Below are positions 1 to 12,989 of a stretch of DNA of 64,000 nt, one piece after another (within the stretch, counting starts at the first letter, position 1; every line of letters begins with the position of its first letter). The notes beneath the pieces are model-generated. The model was not told where the DNA came from. It made no database searches and saw only the letters and a list, made by a program, of their open reading frames with translations. The DNA lies in contig NC_045696.1 in assembly GCF_009834535.1 (NCBI RefSeq), positions 22,136,001 through 22,200,000 on the forward strand. The letters run 5' to 3'. Both the position numbers and the translations under genes were made by a program. Origin of the DNA: Camelus ferus (taxonomy: Eukaryota).

Positions 1-490
1 CCCTGTGAGGTGCTTACTTTCTTATTGGGGCTATACGTAAGAGGAAGTTAAAACGTAGTTTGTTACTTGCCTGAGACTCTTACAAGTCAGGACAAAGATT
101 CAAAAATCCAGGTAGTCTGATTCCAGATCCTCTTAGAGGGGTTTCCACACCTGGATACTAATGGGCACCTTGCTGTTCGTAAGTCACATTAGATACTGAT
201 TGGACCTATGTATGTATTCACATCGAGCAGCGTCTCAGGTGGTTGCACCTGCCTTTTCTGCTGTGCGTCTCTGTAGTCATTCTTATGACTCGCACGTTTC
301 ATTTGAGGGAGAAGAGGAATACAGTGTTCCAGTTGGCTACGCAAACTATACAGCTTCCTAGGATGATCGGAACACAACTGTTTCTTCGTAGTCAAACCAC
401 TTTCATTGCAAATGTTTGTCCAGTGCATTCATTTCAGTTAGAGGACTTGAAATATGTCAGAGGATAAACTTTCTTTGTACTAAAAATGGA

Positions 491-515
491 ACTACTTTTT
501 AATTCTTAACAGAAG
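491..515 (+). promoter_or_regulatory. C21orf91: 3' splice acceptor of the last C21orf91 intron (tandem CAG-AAG)
   Basis: Pyrimidine-rich tract ACTACTTTTTAATTCTTAA followed by CAG (510-512) and AAG (513-515), directly before the coding sequence. Confidence 0.9.
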
Positions 516-679
516 TTTTTGAAGAGTTAGCCCACCAAGTGCAAGAAAAAGATTCTTTGGCCTCACAGCTCCACGTCCGCCACGTTGCCATCGAACAACT
601 TCTCAAGAACTATTCCAAGTTACCATGTCTGCAAGTGGGACGAACAGGAATGAAGTCACACCTACCCATAAACAACTGA
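513..679 (+). CDS. C21orf91: Terminal coding exon of protein EURL homolog (phase-1 start, TGA at 677-679)
   Basis: 515-679 translates to [54 protein letters not shown]. This matches the recalled EURL C-terminus (...[58 protein letters not shown]). It is absent from the ORF track because it is a short spliced exon. Confidence 0.95.
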
Positions 680-3600
680 ACTAAACTTACACTCACTTCC
701 TATGCCCTGCCGTTCTTTGGTCTGCCAGGCATGCACACTCGGAAGAAGTTGGAGAGAGTTATGGTCAGTTATTTTATGGTCATTAAATTTGCAAAGCTTA
801 AGGCAGTATTTAACATCTTTGTCAAATAAGGCAGATCATTACACTCTAGCCTTCTAGGGTTAATCATTTTAGTTCATTTTGGGAATTTTTTTTCCCATAG
901 TTACGAAATGGCCCTCCCTAACTTTTACCACTGGTGACTACTTAAATATACTGTTACAGTGTGATTTTATTAAGCATATTTTAATGTAATTCACCTGTCA
1001 AAACAATAGAAGGTTTACAGAGTTCTTAGATTAGTCTGAACTACTAAACTTCTAAGAGGGAAATGGAATTCATAATACCACCTCTTATTTATTATGAGCA
1101 ATATTTTAATACAAAAATTTTATATATAAAAATACTATTTTAGGTAACTTTTCATTCTCTTTATAAATATGTATTTGAATGGCTCTGTATATTATATTTA
1201 CACTTTCATGTGTGAGTATGTTACCCATATTTCAGATCGTTGCATTTTATTCTCTTAATATACTGTTTTTACAACTGTTATCTTGTTTTCCAAAGATAAA
1301 TGTATTTTGGCATAGAAATCTATCTAGTTGAATTGTTCTGGCTTCTGATAACTCTTATGAAAGAGGAATTAATAACTTTTTAAAGCAGGTATGCAGGGAA
1401 ATAAAAGATACTATTTTTTTCTAACAAAAGCAGTTATGAATTAGTTCAGGAAGAAGTGCTGATCTAGTGTTTGTATGTCAGCTTGTCTTCAGAGAAGTAA
1501 AAGCCTATCTACATCATTATTGCTTTCATTCTAATGACTTTGATGTGTTAGGATTTGGACAGAGTTTAAGTCAAGCCTCACTTCCAAGTCAAATGTAGTA
1601 TCTGTCTTCAAATTGAATGTGCCATGAAATTGTTGTCCTATCTTTGAAAAAAATTAAAATCATTTTGTGTGCCAGTTTGGATAAAGGTTCAAGAATCCTT
1701 CAGCTGTCCAAATTCTGTTATCAGCATCACTGAAAGTATTGCCCAAAGAAAGCATTGTGAGGTATTTTTCTAAACTTCAGAATCTAAAGGAAAAGAGAAG
1801 ACTGTTTGACACAGAAAAATAAAACTCTTAATTCAAAAAAATAAGCTCATTTTTAGAAGGATATTCTTATTTGTTGTCTATCATGTTTCCAAAGAGTTCT
1901 GAACTAATAGTTTGTCTCAAACAGCTAGATGATTTTTCAAATAACGTATTATAGTAAAAGCTATAACCAGTGCAAAATTAAAATGGGCTCTGAATTCTAT
2001 TTTCAACTGGTGCTTAGAATATATTTACGACGTAAGATCCTTTGCTTGAAAGAATCCACAGAAAAGCCCATTAACTTGGCAGCTTCGTGCGTAAAGATGC
2101 GAATGACTTTTGCCTTGAATTTGGCAGCCTGCCCTAGCTTGGGTCTGATTTTAGTCTTTAACACAAACAGTATTTGACTAAGCAAAGAAACACCTCAGTC
2201 TAGTAGAAAACAACTTTTTACGATGCTAAAATGTGTTAAATTTACCTGAGGATATTAATTGGTATCTCACTGATTTTGTTTTGTCTTGTTTTGTTTTGTT
2301 TCTGAAATATGACATAACTGCTTTTTGGAGGGAGCTTTTGAAAGATACTTTCAGTTTCTCTCAGTTCTTTGAGTCCTGCAAAATGAATTTAAAATCCAGG
2401 GAGTGAGGCTGCATTGCCTTAGTTTTAATAAGCTTTAAATTGAGTGTGTGCAATATCAAAATTCTATCAGTTTATAAATTGAATAAAGACATTCCTGGTG
2501 ATCCCAGTAAGTATCTCAGTGCTTTGTTGTTGTGGTCCTATTTTCAAATTTGAGTTTACTCTTTTTTGGCACAATTCATTAAGAATGTTACCAGCCAGTG
2601 TGCTTGCACACATCTGTGCTTCTAGTGAGATCACTTAGGGACAGGCGTTAAAAGTTTGGTATGTGTTGCATTTGATGTAAGTAGCAGCTTGTTTCCAGAA
2701 TATGAGCCATATGGTGCAGTCCCAGATACAACACTGTTACCCAAAGAAAGTGTTTGCTTATTTCCTAGAGAGTTTCTGGCAAATATGTAGTTTTACTAGT
2801 GAGTTTGGCACAATTAGATGGGATCGTACGTGTACCAAGGTCTTAACTGGGGACTCTGATTTACTCCATTTAGATATTTCTATTTAAGCTCTTCAAAGGA
2901 AAGGTGCTCTTAAAAAATATCTGCGGTGCTGGTACTCACACTAGTACTTAATTTGGATGGATATTCTAGTAAGAAAAATTTCGTCAAAAGTATTTTGCAC
3001 AGCCAAATATTTGGTAAACATATTTTATATTCCTATGTTAGTCTTCTTGAATATGCAATTATTGCATATGCTAAAATAAGGATAATGGGATAAAGCTGAG
3101 TTCTATCTACCATGAGAGAATATGAAATACCACGAATGCTGGTTACCATATTTGGCTATTTTTCTGCATAATTGTTAGTACTTTTGAGGAAGTTTAGAAG
3201 AAAAATCTCAAATATACCTTCAGTTTCAAAAATGACAAGAAAGACTGCCAGTCAGCCATTACCAACAATTTCAGAGCTTAATTAAGGGGAGTGAAATGAT
3301 TAATATTTTTTCTCTTTCGATTTTACAACTAGACAAGTTGTATTAAGTTTAAAAAGTCAGTTTGAAGTTGAAAGCGATTTTGACCACACAAAATTGTTCT
3401 CCTTGAAGATTTAAAATCCTTTCAATCTTTTAATTAAGCTAAAACTCTTATTTACTTTGTGATTATCATCCTTTGATCCTAGCATTTAGTGTCCAAAGTA
3501 GTCTTTTTTTTTAAAGCCATGCACGTAAGACACCAATACTAGGTGATGCACACAGGCAGCAGAACTGTGTTGTGTTTCACTGTGTAGTTTGTTAACATAC

Positions 3601-5175
3601 AGTGTTGGAGCGAGATAATGTTATTAATGTTTTTCAAATTATATGTTCATTTTACCACAAAGTGCCCATTTTTATATATATTTGAGGATTATTTTTTAAA
3701 TAAGGTCATGTTGGGAAGTGATTTCAGAAATAGAGTCAAAATATATTCTATTTTGTTGTTGGCATCTTGACAAGCATCTTGAGATTTCTCGGGTTTTTTA
3801 GTTTACTGTATTCTTTACCACTGAAAGTGGTTTAAAGTGCATTCTTTTTGTTTATATATTTTTTAGTGTTTACACTGTTTGAGGCTTGCTAGCTTTGGGT
3901 GTCTTTTTTTTTTTAATATTTTGGGATCAATGTTTACCAGTTTTGGTTTTATTTTGTCTTGTTTTAGACGAAATCTGCTTGTGTTACTAATGTAAAATGG
4001 AATGCAAAATGTATATGCTCAAAACTTCAGTAGGAACTTTTAAAGAATAAATTATTTGTGTAGCTTAGTAGGAGGTTCAGGTTATTGACCATAAAATTAG
4101 GTTACATGACATGAAAACTTTCAAATGGTACAGTGTAAAGTTCTTTTAGTGTTATTTTTATGCTAAGGTCAGATATTTGAGTATTTTTAAGTACTTAATA
4201 AAAAGTTTAGTACTCCACAGTATTTTTAAAAAATATCTTCTGTTCAGATGTGACTGTAAAGCAAAGATAATTGAATTCACTCCAATGTTTAATTGCATTT
4301 TTAACTTTAGGTTGGTGGAAATAATTATTTGAGGAAATTGGTGGTAGTGGGGTGGGAGAGAGTTTATTTACCAGAATAATAAGGTAATTGGGCTCTGGCC
4401 CAAGCAAAGGTGTCTTGGAAGAGGGCTGTAATGTTGTTCTTGGAATTTCCATTCACTTCATTCTTTCATAATTGCCCCTGTTATAATGTAGTCTGACCTA
4501 TTATGCAGCTCCATCTCCTTGCTATGAACCATATCATAGCAAGTCTCTAGCATTAAGATTTCTTTAGCCACTAGTTTGTAACATACACTTTCCCTGTTCT
4601 TTTTAAGAATCCAGATTACTAAGTGCATTTTAGTGATATTGAATTAGCCCACAGTTTTAACCCTACGAAAGTAAAGCAGATTAAAAAATCATGATGAGTA
4701 TTGCCTTCCACCTTCCCTTCAAAAGTGTTAATTGAACTTCCCTCAACTGCACAAAAAGTTAAGAGAATTTTAGTAAATGTGTTTCTTTCCTGAACCATGT
4801 GTAGAATGTTCGTTTCCATTCTGCTACTTCAAAAGAGGCAGTTTAGAAAGTGTTCAGTAGTGACTTCTGTTAAATGCCATTCCTACTTTTATGATTTGTG
4901 TGTGTGTGTTTGTGTTAACATTGCTTTAAATCTGACTAGAAATCCATACAAAATTGTGCTGAGACATTTGGGAAAAGAAAATGAAGCTGCAGTGATAAAA
5001 ACCAAGTTGGTTTCAAAACAGTTTATTTAGAAATTACTTGGCTGTTATACTTTCCTTTTAAAACTGCAATAATTTATATATTTGTATTGCTCTGCTTTGG
5101 GACTGTAACTACATATGCTTGTCTACTATTTTTAATTTTACAACAATAAAATAAATATTTTATTATCTGTTAGCT
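680..5175 (+). other. C21orf91: Long AT-rich 3'UTR of C21orf91
   Basis: Follows the stop codon, is AU-rich and has no recognisable transposons until the polyA signal at 5145. Repeats begin at ~5395. The 3' end is approximate. Confidence 0.75.
5145..5155 (+). terminator. Distal polyadenylation signal (two overlapping AATAAA)
   Basis: AATAAAATAAA at 5145-5155, an upstream TGTA motif (5104) and downstream U/GU-rich tracts (5199-5209, 5231-5241). Confidence 0.7.
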
Positions 5176-5394
5176 TCAGTGGATAATTTCAAGTATACGT
5201 ATTTTTTTTAATGATTGACCTAAAGACAAAGTTTTGTTTTTCAGGCTTATGGATCCTACTTAAAATTGTTATCTAACAGTTTCTGATCTTAATTTTTTGT
5301 GAGAATCTCTCTTTAATACTTAATATTTCCTCTGCCCCAAGAATTCAGAAGCAGGAAATAAGATTCCTGTCTTTCTAGACACAGTCTATGCTAC

Positions 5395-5815
5395 TTTTTA
5401 AATTGGAGTATACGTTACATACAATAAGTACACAGGTTTTAAGTGTGTTTGAGTTTTAACAGATGTATGCAACTGTGTAACCATCACCCCTCTGGGCCCC
5501 TTTGGAATCTCTTCAGTCCCCATTTCCCATCCACTGTTCTCATCCCTGTCACCGTAATTTGCACTTACCTGCCTCACAACCTTACATAAATGTTATCATT
5601 CAGGATGTGCTCGTTTGCCTCTGGCTTTTTTTCACTCATCTAGCAGCTTTGAGATTCATCTATATTAGCGCAAGGATCAGTAGTTCATTTTCTCTTTTTT
5701 AGCTGACTAGTCTTCTGTTGTATGTATTATAATTTGTTTGTCCATTCACCAGTTGATGGACATTTGAGTCGTTTCTAGTTTAGGACCATATAAATAAAGC
5801 TGTTACAAGTATTTT
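5395..5815 (-). mobile_element. Old L1 3' end fragment (L1MB/L1ME-type)
   Basis: T-rich tail, then ...TGTGTAACCATCACC...GATGGACATTTGAGTCGTTTCTAGTT, typical of an antisense L1 3'UTR/ORF2 end. Confidence 0.75.
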
Positions 5816-6599
5816 TAAATTGGCTTTTAAAGTGATAGTAAAAATAGAAATTAAAGTATTCAAATTACCTGTGGTTAGCTTTATGAATCTGAATATTATA
5901 TTACAATTTTTCCCACAAATAATTGTTAAAGTAATTTATATACTTTGTAGTAATAAATAACTTAGAACTAAGAAACAAAGACAGTTGTACAAGAGATCAG
6001 AGGCAGATTACAAAATAAGGGATGTTTGAGAATTGAAACATTTAATGGGTTGCTAAAAGAATATTAATCGTCCTTAAGGTCTCTTCAAAGTTTAACAGTC
6101 CAACCACTCTTTTTCCAGAAGAGGCAGCAAAGATAGAGAGTCTGGTTTGGAGAAAGTACTGGAAAGAGCACCGGACCATAGTTGAAGTTGTTCTCCTGTG
6201 TAGCTTTAACTACCTTGTGATGTAAGGGAAATTCATCCCTTAAACTTTTCTAAGCCTGAATTCGCTACGCTAAAGCAAACATGTAAGCCTACTGCAGCTC
6301 CATCGCCTTTGTTCTTTGTCCTCATTTTTAAACGTCATTATAGGACCTGGAACTCTGTGCGGGTGTCTGAGACTGGCAAGTAGGTGTGAGTATGCTGGGT
6401 AGAAAGAAGGGAGAGCTGCAGGCAGAATGACGCCTTCTAAATCATTTATATAATTGGGATTCTCAATTACTGTTAAAAGTTTTCAAAAGGTTTCATCTTT
6501 GGAATCTCATTTAGATGTCTTAGATCCCTTCTATCTTAAATTCCACATGACTTGCAAGTTCACATCAGTGGATTTTTCTTTTTTTCTTTTTTTTGGCCA

Positions 6600-7025
6600 G
6601 AGGGTGGGGATGCTCTGCATCTGAATCCCATTCCAGTGTTCAACTGGCACAGACCACTTTTACCTGTAGAAACAAAAGCTTAACCTGACCTCCCTTGCAT
6701 CTGGGATACTCCGCCCTAATTGGTAAAGCAAAGAAACTGGATAAAGGAGGATCCATGTTGAGAGCAGCAGCGTCTTAACTACCAACAGGGGAAACAAACG
6801 TCTGGTACCCACATCTAGTGGGGGCAACGGGTAAGCTCCTGGCATCTGGTGTTGAGTAGCCATTGCTCTGTGTGACTTTGGTCATGAATCTGGCAGCTGA
6901 TTAATCACCTTTGTTGCTGCCCGGTTTCCAAGCTTCCTGGGTGATCTCTGCCCATTGAATAAACTCCTTTTCAGCCTAAATCAACCAGTTACCTTCTTAG
7001 GCTCTCAACTGAGAATTCTACTACA
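6600..7025 (+). mobile_element. ERVL LTR relic (LTR33-like)
   Basis: CCTCCCTTGCATCTGGG near the start and AATAAACTCCTTTTCAGCCTAAATCAACCAG near the end. Confidence 0.55.
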
Positions 7026-7632
7026 CCTCACTTCATCCACTGGCTCCATGTCCAATGCTCTCCCACTCTGAGATCTTACAAAACTGGTTTCTGAAGTGAG
7101 CTGCTGAGAGCCACCACATACCTAAACTATTCCTCAGGACATGGTCTGCCTGTTGGGTCAGCTGAAACTGATGGGAAGATTCTGAAGAGAAATTAAAACT
7201 TTTGGTAACATAGATGTCAGTTTTCTTGTTTAAAGCATTCACTGTTCACAGGTGGGGTGACTTTGGAGAACTTCTTACTATCCTCCTCTAATTATTGAAA
7301 GTGCTCACAGTTTGTGTCTACCAGCATCTTGGAGGAAATAATGATGACCATAACTTTAGCTTTGGGCTTGGCCTGTGTTCTCCCTGGTAGTACTAAATGA
7401 CCCCAGCCCAGCAGGCATTTGTTGAATGAACAAGTGCATGGACTTCAGAGGGAGCACAAGGATTGCGTGTCCTCTAAATCAGTAGCGACCTACCCACCCC
7501 TAAAAAATGCCCAAGGCCCTCATCCACTGACTGAATAGTATGCATTGTCTCCATGTACCCCACTGTCCACAACACCTCCATGACTATTTCAGGCATTTGA
7601 TGACTAGCACTTGTTCTGCTTCTCCTCGAAAC

Positions 7633-7790
7633 CAGTGGTGCCCTAACTTTGAGTTTCATGAAGCACACGTCACATGGCTGCCCCTCCAGAGTTTCTGAAT
7701 CAGGTCAAGGGTGGGACCCAAGAATTTCATCTGACAAATTCCCAGGTGATGCTGATCCTGCTGGTCTACACAGCACTTTGCAACCCACGG
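7633..7790. mobile_element. MER5A-type hAT-Charlie MITE
   Basis: CAGTGG start and core CCAGAGTTTCTGAATCAG...AAATTCCCAGGTGATGCTGATCCTGCTGGTC. Confidence 0.8.
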
Positions 7791-7989
7791 CTCCAAACCA
7801 TCCACTGTCCCAGAGTTTACTTCCCAAAAGATGTGATAACACTTCTTCCCTGCTCAGACTTCTCTAGATTGCTACTGCCTAGAGAATAAAAATCAACCCT
7901 CACAGCTCAGCATTAAAAGCCCTTACCATTTGGCTCCCACCTATTTTCCATTTTAATTATTTCATCAAATTGAGATTTTGTTGTGTTCC

Positions 7990-8700
7990 AGGAACTCTTA
8001 ATAAGCCCTGTAGGCTTTGAGTCTAAGGGATTATAAAAGCCAACAAGTCTTTATTGGCCAACTGAAAAGGGTTATGCCCAGAGATAAATATATGAGGATC
8101 GAAAAAGGTCCACTGGATTTAGCAACAAGGGATTCAATGAGAACAGTTTTAATTGGACCTAGGGGTGCAGAAGTAGATCACAATGAGTGGAAGTGTGGGT
8201 GGGGAAGTAGGGTGGTAGATTTGAAGTAACCTCTAAAAAGTTTAACCAGGAAAGTGAGGAAGTCAGGATTGTGGGCCCAAGGTTTTGTTTTGTTTCAACC
8301 TGGGAAGCACTTCAACATGAATAAATACTGAGAAGACAGATGTAGTGGAAAGGCTAAAGATGGAAAGGTAGCAATAATCAAAGGACCAGAATCCTGAAGA
8401 GGCAGAACAGTATCACACACCTAGAATGGACCATCTTTGAAGAGGTTTAGGGTCGTCTCAGGCTTTGAGTTGGAGAAGATAAAACTGCAGATGAAAGTCT
8501 TCAAGTGAGAGTCACTGGAGAGTAAGGTGAGAAAGTCCCTACCTGGCTATTTCTATTTTCTATGAGAGAAAAGGAAAAGATGGGGTCAGAAGCTCAAGAG
8601 AGAAGTGTTGGGCTCAGCAGCTGCCATGTAAGGATGGGAAAGGTCCTGACTACAACAGGGAGGGCTGCCAGACTGATTACGTGACGTGGGGATTGGCACC
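7990..8700 (-). mobile_element. L2 LINE fragment, degraded
   Basis: GAGGATCGAAAAAGGTCCACTGGATTTAGCAACAAGG resembles antisense L2. Confidence 0.5.
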
Positions 8701-9900
8701 CATGGCTTGCCATGGATTGAATTTCTCTGAATTTGCATTCAGATTTTGTTGCTGTAAATACAGAGGAATATTTTTGCAATTGGAGTAAACTAAACTGAGA
8801 GCACTACTGAAAACAGATTAGAATCTGAAACTCAGATAAATTTGTGGCTCAAAAATTCACAAAACCATACCCAACAGAAAATTTCAAGTTGGTCCTACAG
8901 GCAAGAGTGGATGGACTAAGGACTGTTTTGAAGCCCAAGCCCTTACAGGTCAGTTGATATCAAGCTTCAGCAGAAGAAAGTGTGGAAATGTGTAGTCCAG
9001 ATAAAGAGGGGTTTATTAGAGGCCACTGGTATACAGAACACGGAAGAAGCCAAGGCACAGCTAAACACAGAGTTTCAGATCTGTAACTTCAAAGCAAAGA
9101 AAAAGAGATATAAAAAGAGAAGGGCTCTTCTAGGGGGAAGTCAACTGAAATGAAAGTGGCGAAGACAAGAAGAGGAAGTTATGATGAGCAGGGCCATTGC
9201 TAAACTGAAATTCAGGAACTTGAGTTCTAACCTTCCTCTGCCACTCTGGGCTCCACTCCACCTCTCTTAGCCAACGATTTCTCGCCTGTCGAAAGTGAAA
9301 CTGAACTTGGTGATTTTTAGGGAAACTTCCAGCTCTTACACTCTATAAGGATAATAAATTTTAAGAAACCCGTGATAGAAAATTTCCTCAGCCTCTGCAT
9401 AAACACAGAACTGAACTGAAAGGACACAAAGGAAGTGTGGTTTTATTAAGAAGAAACAATGAGGTGCTTTTACAGCAAGATACTTCTATCATCATCTGTA
9501 ACAAAAGAGCAAAGATGGTGGAAGGAGCCTGGCTCATAAGCAGCTCATATCAGGGGAAAATATTTGGGGAGACTGTTCTCTTAGGAGTAACAGTGGGGGG
9601 TGCTTCTACCACACAGTGAGAAGCTGGGTCACCTACAGCACAAAAGACTGGCCCAGACATTTCCACCTGTGCATGGAAAATGAAAAATGTAAAGGCAGTG
9701 TAGTAAGCTGTTTGATAGGACATAATTTATTCAGTCAATCGGACTGTCCTTTATTCTGAGATTACATCTTTCCTATGATGGGAGTAGAAAATTATCCTTT
9801 CCGCTCAAGCAATAACAACAGTAGATGGTAAGTTACCATTTTTATTTATTTGTTTGGTTTTGAGTCCTTGGTTAAATTTTAAACCACAATCTTACATGGG

Positions 9901-10368
9901 TGCATCACTCAGGGTTCTCCAGAAAAACAAAACCAATAGGGATAGGCAGGTAGGTAGGTAGGGTAGGTAGACAGACAATAGATAGACAGGCAGACTTGGG
10001 GGTAAGGGTTGATGGATTTTAGGAAATTGTCTCACACAATTGTGGGGGCTGGAAAGTCCAAAATTTGTAGGGCAGGCTGGAAATTCTGGCAAGAGTTAAT
10101 GTTGCAGTCTTAAACCTGTAAGTAGCCTGGAGGCAGAATCCCTTCTCCTTCAGGGAAACTTAGCCTTTTCTCTAAAGGCCTTCAACTGATGGGATGAGGC
10201 CCACCACAATATGGAGATCATGGAGTAAAATCTGCTTTATACAATGTCTACTGATTTCAATATTAATCACATCTAAAACATATTTTCACAGCAACATCTA
10301 TACTGGTGTTGACCAAACAACTGGGCACCAAAGCCTAGTCCAGTTGACACATAAAATTAACCATCATA
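9901..10368 (-). mobile_element. MLT2 (ERVL) solo LTR with internal (TAGG/CAGA)n repeat
   Basis: CAGGGTTCTCCAGAAAAACAAAACCAATAGG at the left and CAGTTGACACATAAAATTAACCATCA at the right, which is the reverse complement of the MLT2 start. Confidence 0.88.
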
Positions 10369-12119
10369 GTTGGTTACTATTTTTCATTTTATTTTAATGT
10401 TCCCTGAATTGAAAAAGTCTGGAAACCATGGATCTGGCATTACCTCATCCAGGCACTGCCCCCAAGCAGCAGCACTGGAAACCCCTCAGCTCAGGTGTCC
10501 AGGATTTCCAGAGGAGGGAACGTACTCAGGAGACTCTTACACTATTCTGAATTTTCTATGCATTCTAAGAGGGCTGAGAGGGACTTTTCATTATTTTGTA
10601 AGTAATCCTTTGTGTAACAAAGACAGTTATCTAATTCTCTTTTTCTCTCTTAATCTGGTGTTAGGTCTTAAATTATTTGAAGACTGAATTTTATACAAAA
10701 AGTAAAAGATGTATACAGCCCCTAGTAGATTCAACACCCAATAATTCTAGATAAATCACTGAAGGTTTTAGAATATTGAATTTTGGTTTGTACCTGTCTT
10801 ATTTTCCTTGCTCTCTCTTACTTCCCCCCACTCCCTGCCACAAGTAATTCTCCAGTTATTTTGCATCAGAGGAAGATGTCACTCAGTCTGAAACACTGCC
10901 AGCCAGCGGCACACATTCTTGAAAGAAATGTACCTAGTCCTGGGTGGGAGGAGAGCTGGAGAGTGTCCCGTGACCAACCACTGCTTCTCACAAGACACCA
11001 GAAAAAGGTGGGTTCTGGTGCAGTGCTGGCCCAGAGGTTGGGGGAGTTTCCCACACTCAACAGAAAAGATAAGGCAGGGAGAGTTGAGCCAGCAACATGC
11101 AAAACCACATTTCCTTTGCTTCTTCCACCTCTTCTCAGCTTCACACCTATACAGACAACACACGAGCTAGCAGACTGCACAGCCTGCAGGGTCGCCCCTG
11201 CTTTTCCTCAGAATATGGATGCAATTTCTGTCCCAGAATGACACGGATGGGGCTCATCTCAGAGCACAAAGTGAATCAGCAAGTGAGATACAGAAATACC
11301 ACAGGAGACCACTAATATGTGGTGCTAAAGGGGCCTTTCAGAGCCTCATAGCTTTGATTTGATTTGCTCTTATTTTAGGAGAGCACTTTCTTAAAAAAAA
11401 TCCTTCAAGAACAACTGAGGTGTAACATATATGAAAGCTGAGTGGCTGCCACCCTCAACGTGAAAGACGGTGGAGATTATCACAGCACAGCTGCTCCACA
11501 TCCTTCTCAGAGACGACCCCTGCCCCCAGGTCCCCAGAACCACCACCAAGAGCCTGGCAGCAGCTCTGAGTGACTGGCAGACCCTGGGTATCTACAAAGT
11601 GCCGACTGGACACTGCTGATCTCATCTCTCCCCCTTAGATGGCCTGAACTGCTTATGAAACTTCCAAACTCTCTATAGACCTTATTAGCCTCAGAGGCAA
11701 GGACTGAACCCCAAATCTCCTGAGCTCCCATGAGATGACACCACCTTCACCTGGGATCCTAGCTTTTACTTCTGTCACACAGATGTTCTGTCTGAAGGAA
11801 TTGTAGGATTACTTCTCCACACTCTGCACTCTGAGTGACCACAGGAACAGCCAGGAGAGGAAAACGGTGGGAAAAGAAAAAGCAGAACAAGTCTTTCCTG
11901 CAAAGAAGAGCAAAGCGTAGTCTGAACCAAGGCAACTGCTGCCGAGTCCAGAGGGTGCCTTAGATGTCCTCATTCTGGACGGCAACCAGGATAAGCCACA
12001 AGGACAGCTCCCATCAGAACCTGAAGACAGCAAGTGCCTTTCTCACATCAGAAAGCCAGTTTTGGCAATTCAAAAAATTAGTGAATACAATTATTAGTTA
12101 CCGTTGGTAATAAAATACT

Positions 12120-12350
12120 ATCCAGCTAACATTTGTAGAGTCTTATTGAAGAGCAAAGACTGTTCTTAGTGCTTTAAACCCATTATCATATTTAACTTTC
12201 ACAATTTCTCTGTGAGGTAAGTATGATTATTAGCCCCATTCTACAGATGAGGAAGCTGAGGTACGGAGAATTTAAGAACCTAGTTCCACATCACACAGTT
12301 ACCGGGAGTGAACTCGGGGAGTTTAACACTTGTGCTTATGTATTTAATCA
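12120..12350 (-). mobile_element. MIR SINE
   Basis: Core CCCCATTCTACAGATGAGGAAGCTGAGG. Confidence 0.85.
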
Positions 12351-12550
12351 TTATACTGACAGTTTTAATCCTTAACTCTAACCCTTCGTTCTATTCGGTC
12401 TCACATTTAACCAATCATCTAAGATCTATTAATGTTGCCCCTCAAAACATGTCTAGGAGCATCTCTGCCACCATGACTAAACTATCTCAGCGTCAATTCT
12501 AACCCTGCTATGTAACACCTTGGTTATTAAGAAGCCTTCTCATTCCCCTC

Positions 12551-12963
12551 TGTTTTGCACTGAATGTTTGTGTCCCACCCCCAAAATTTCATATATTGAA
12601 GCCCTAACCCTTAATGTGATGGTGTTAGGAGGTGGGGTCTTTGAGAGGTATTTAGGTTTAGCTGAGGTCAAGAGGGTGGGGCCCATGATGGGATTAGTGC
12701 CTCTAGAGGAAGAAGAAGAGAAACGAGATTTTGCACTTTCCCTCTTTCCTTTCTCTGTCTCTCCCTTTTTCGCTCTTCTACTTTGTGAGGACACAGTGAG
12801 AAGGCAGTCATCCGTAAGCCAGGAAGAGAGCCCTCACCAGGAACCGAATGGCCAGCATCCGACCTTGGTCTTGCCAGCCGCCGAAACTATGAGAAGTAAA
12901 TATCTGTTGTTTAATCCACCCAGCCTATGGAATTTGTTACAGCAGCCTGAGCTGACTAACACA
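12551..12963 (+). mobile_element. MLT1A-type MaLR solo LTR
   Basis: TG...CA termini, TGAATGTTTGTGTCCC start, TTTGTTACAGCAGCCTGAGCTGACTAACACA end, and 5-bp TSD CCCTC/CTCTC. It explains ORF 12520-13101. Confidence 0.9.
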
Positions 12964-12989
12964 CTCTCCCTATATATATTGATATACCA

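Noticed and set aside
189..467. Additional C21orf91 coding exon
   Set aside because: The translations do not match the recalled upstream EURL sequence; treated as intron.
10783..11315. Cluster of overlapping 72-152 aa ORFs on both strands
   Set aside because: No protein similarity recognised, mostly alternative starts, and no exon structure. Consistent with chance in locally GC-richer DNA.
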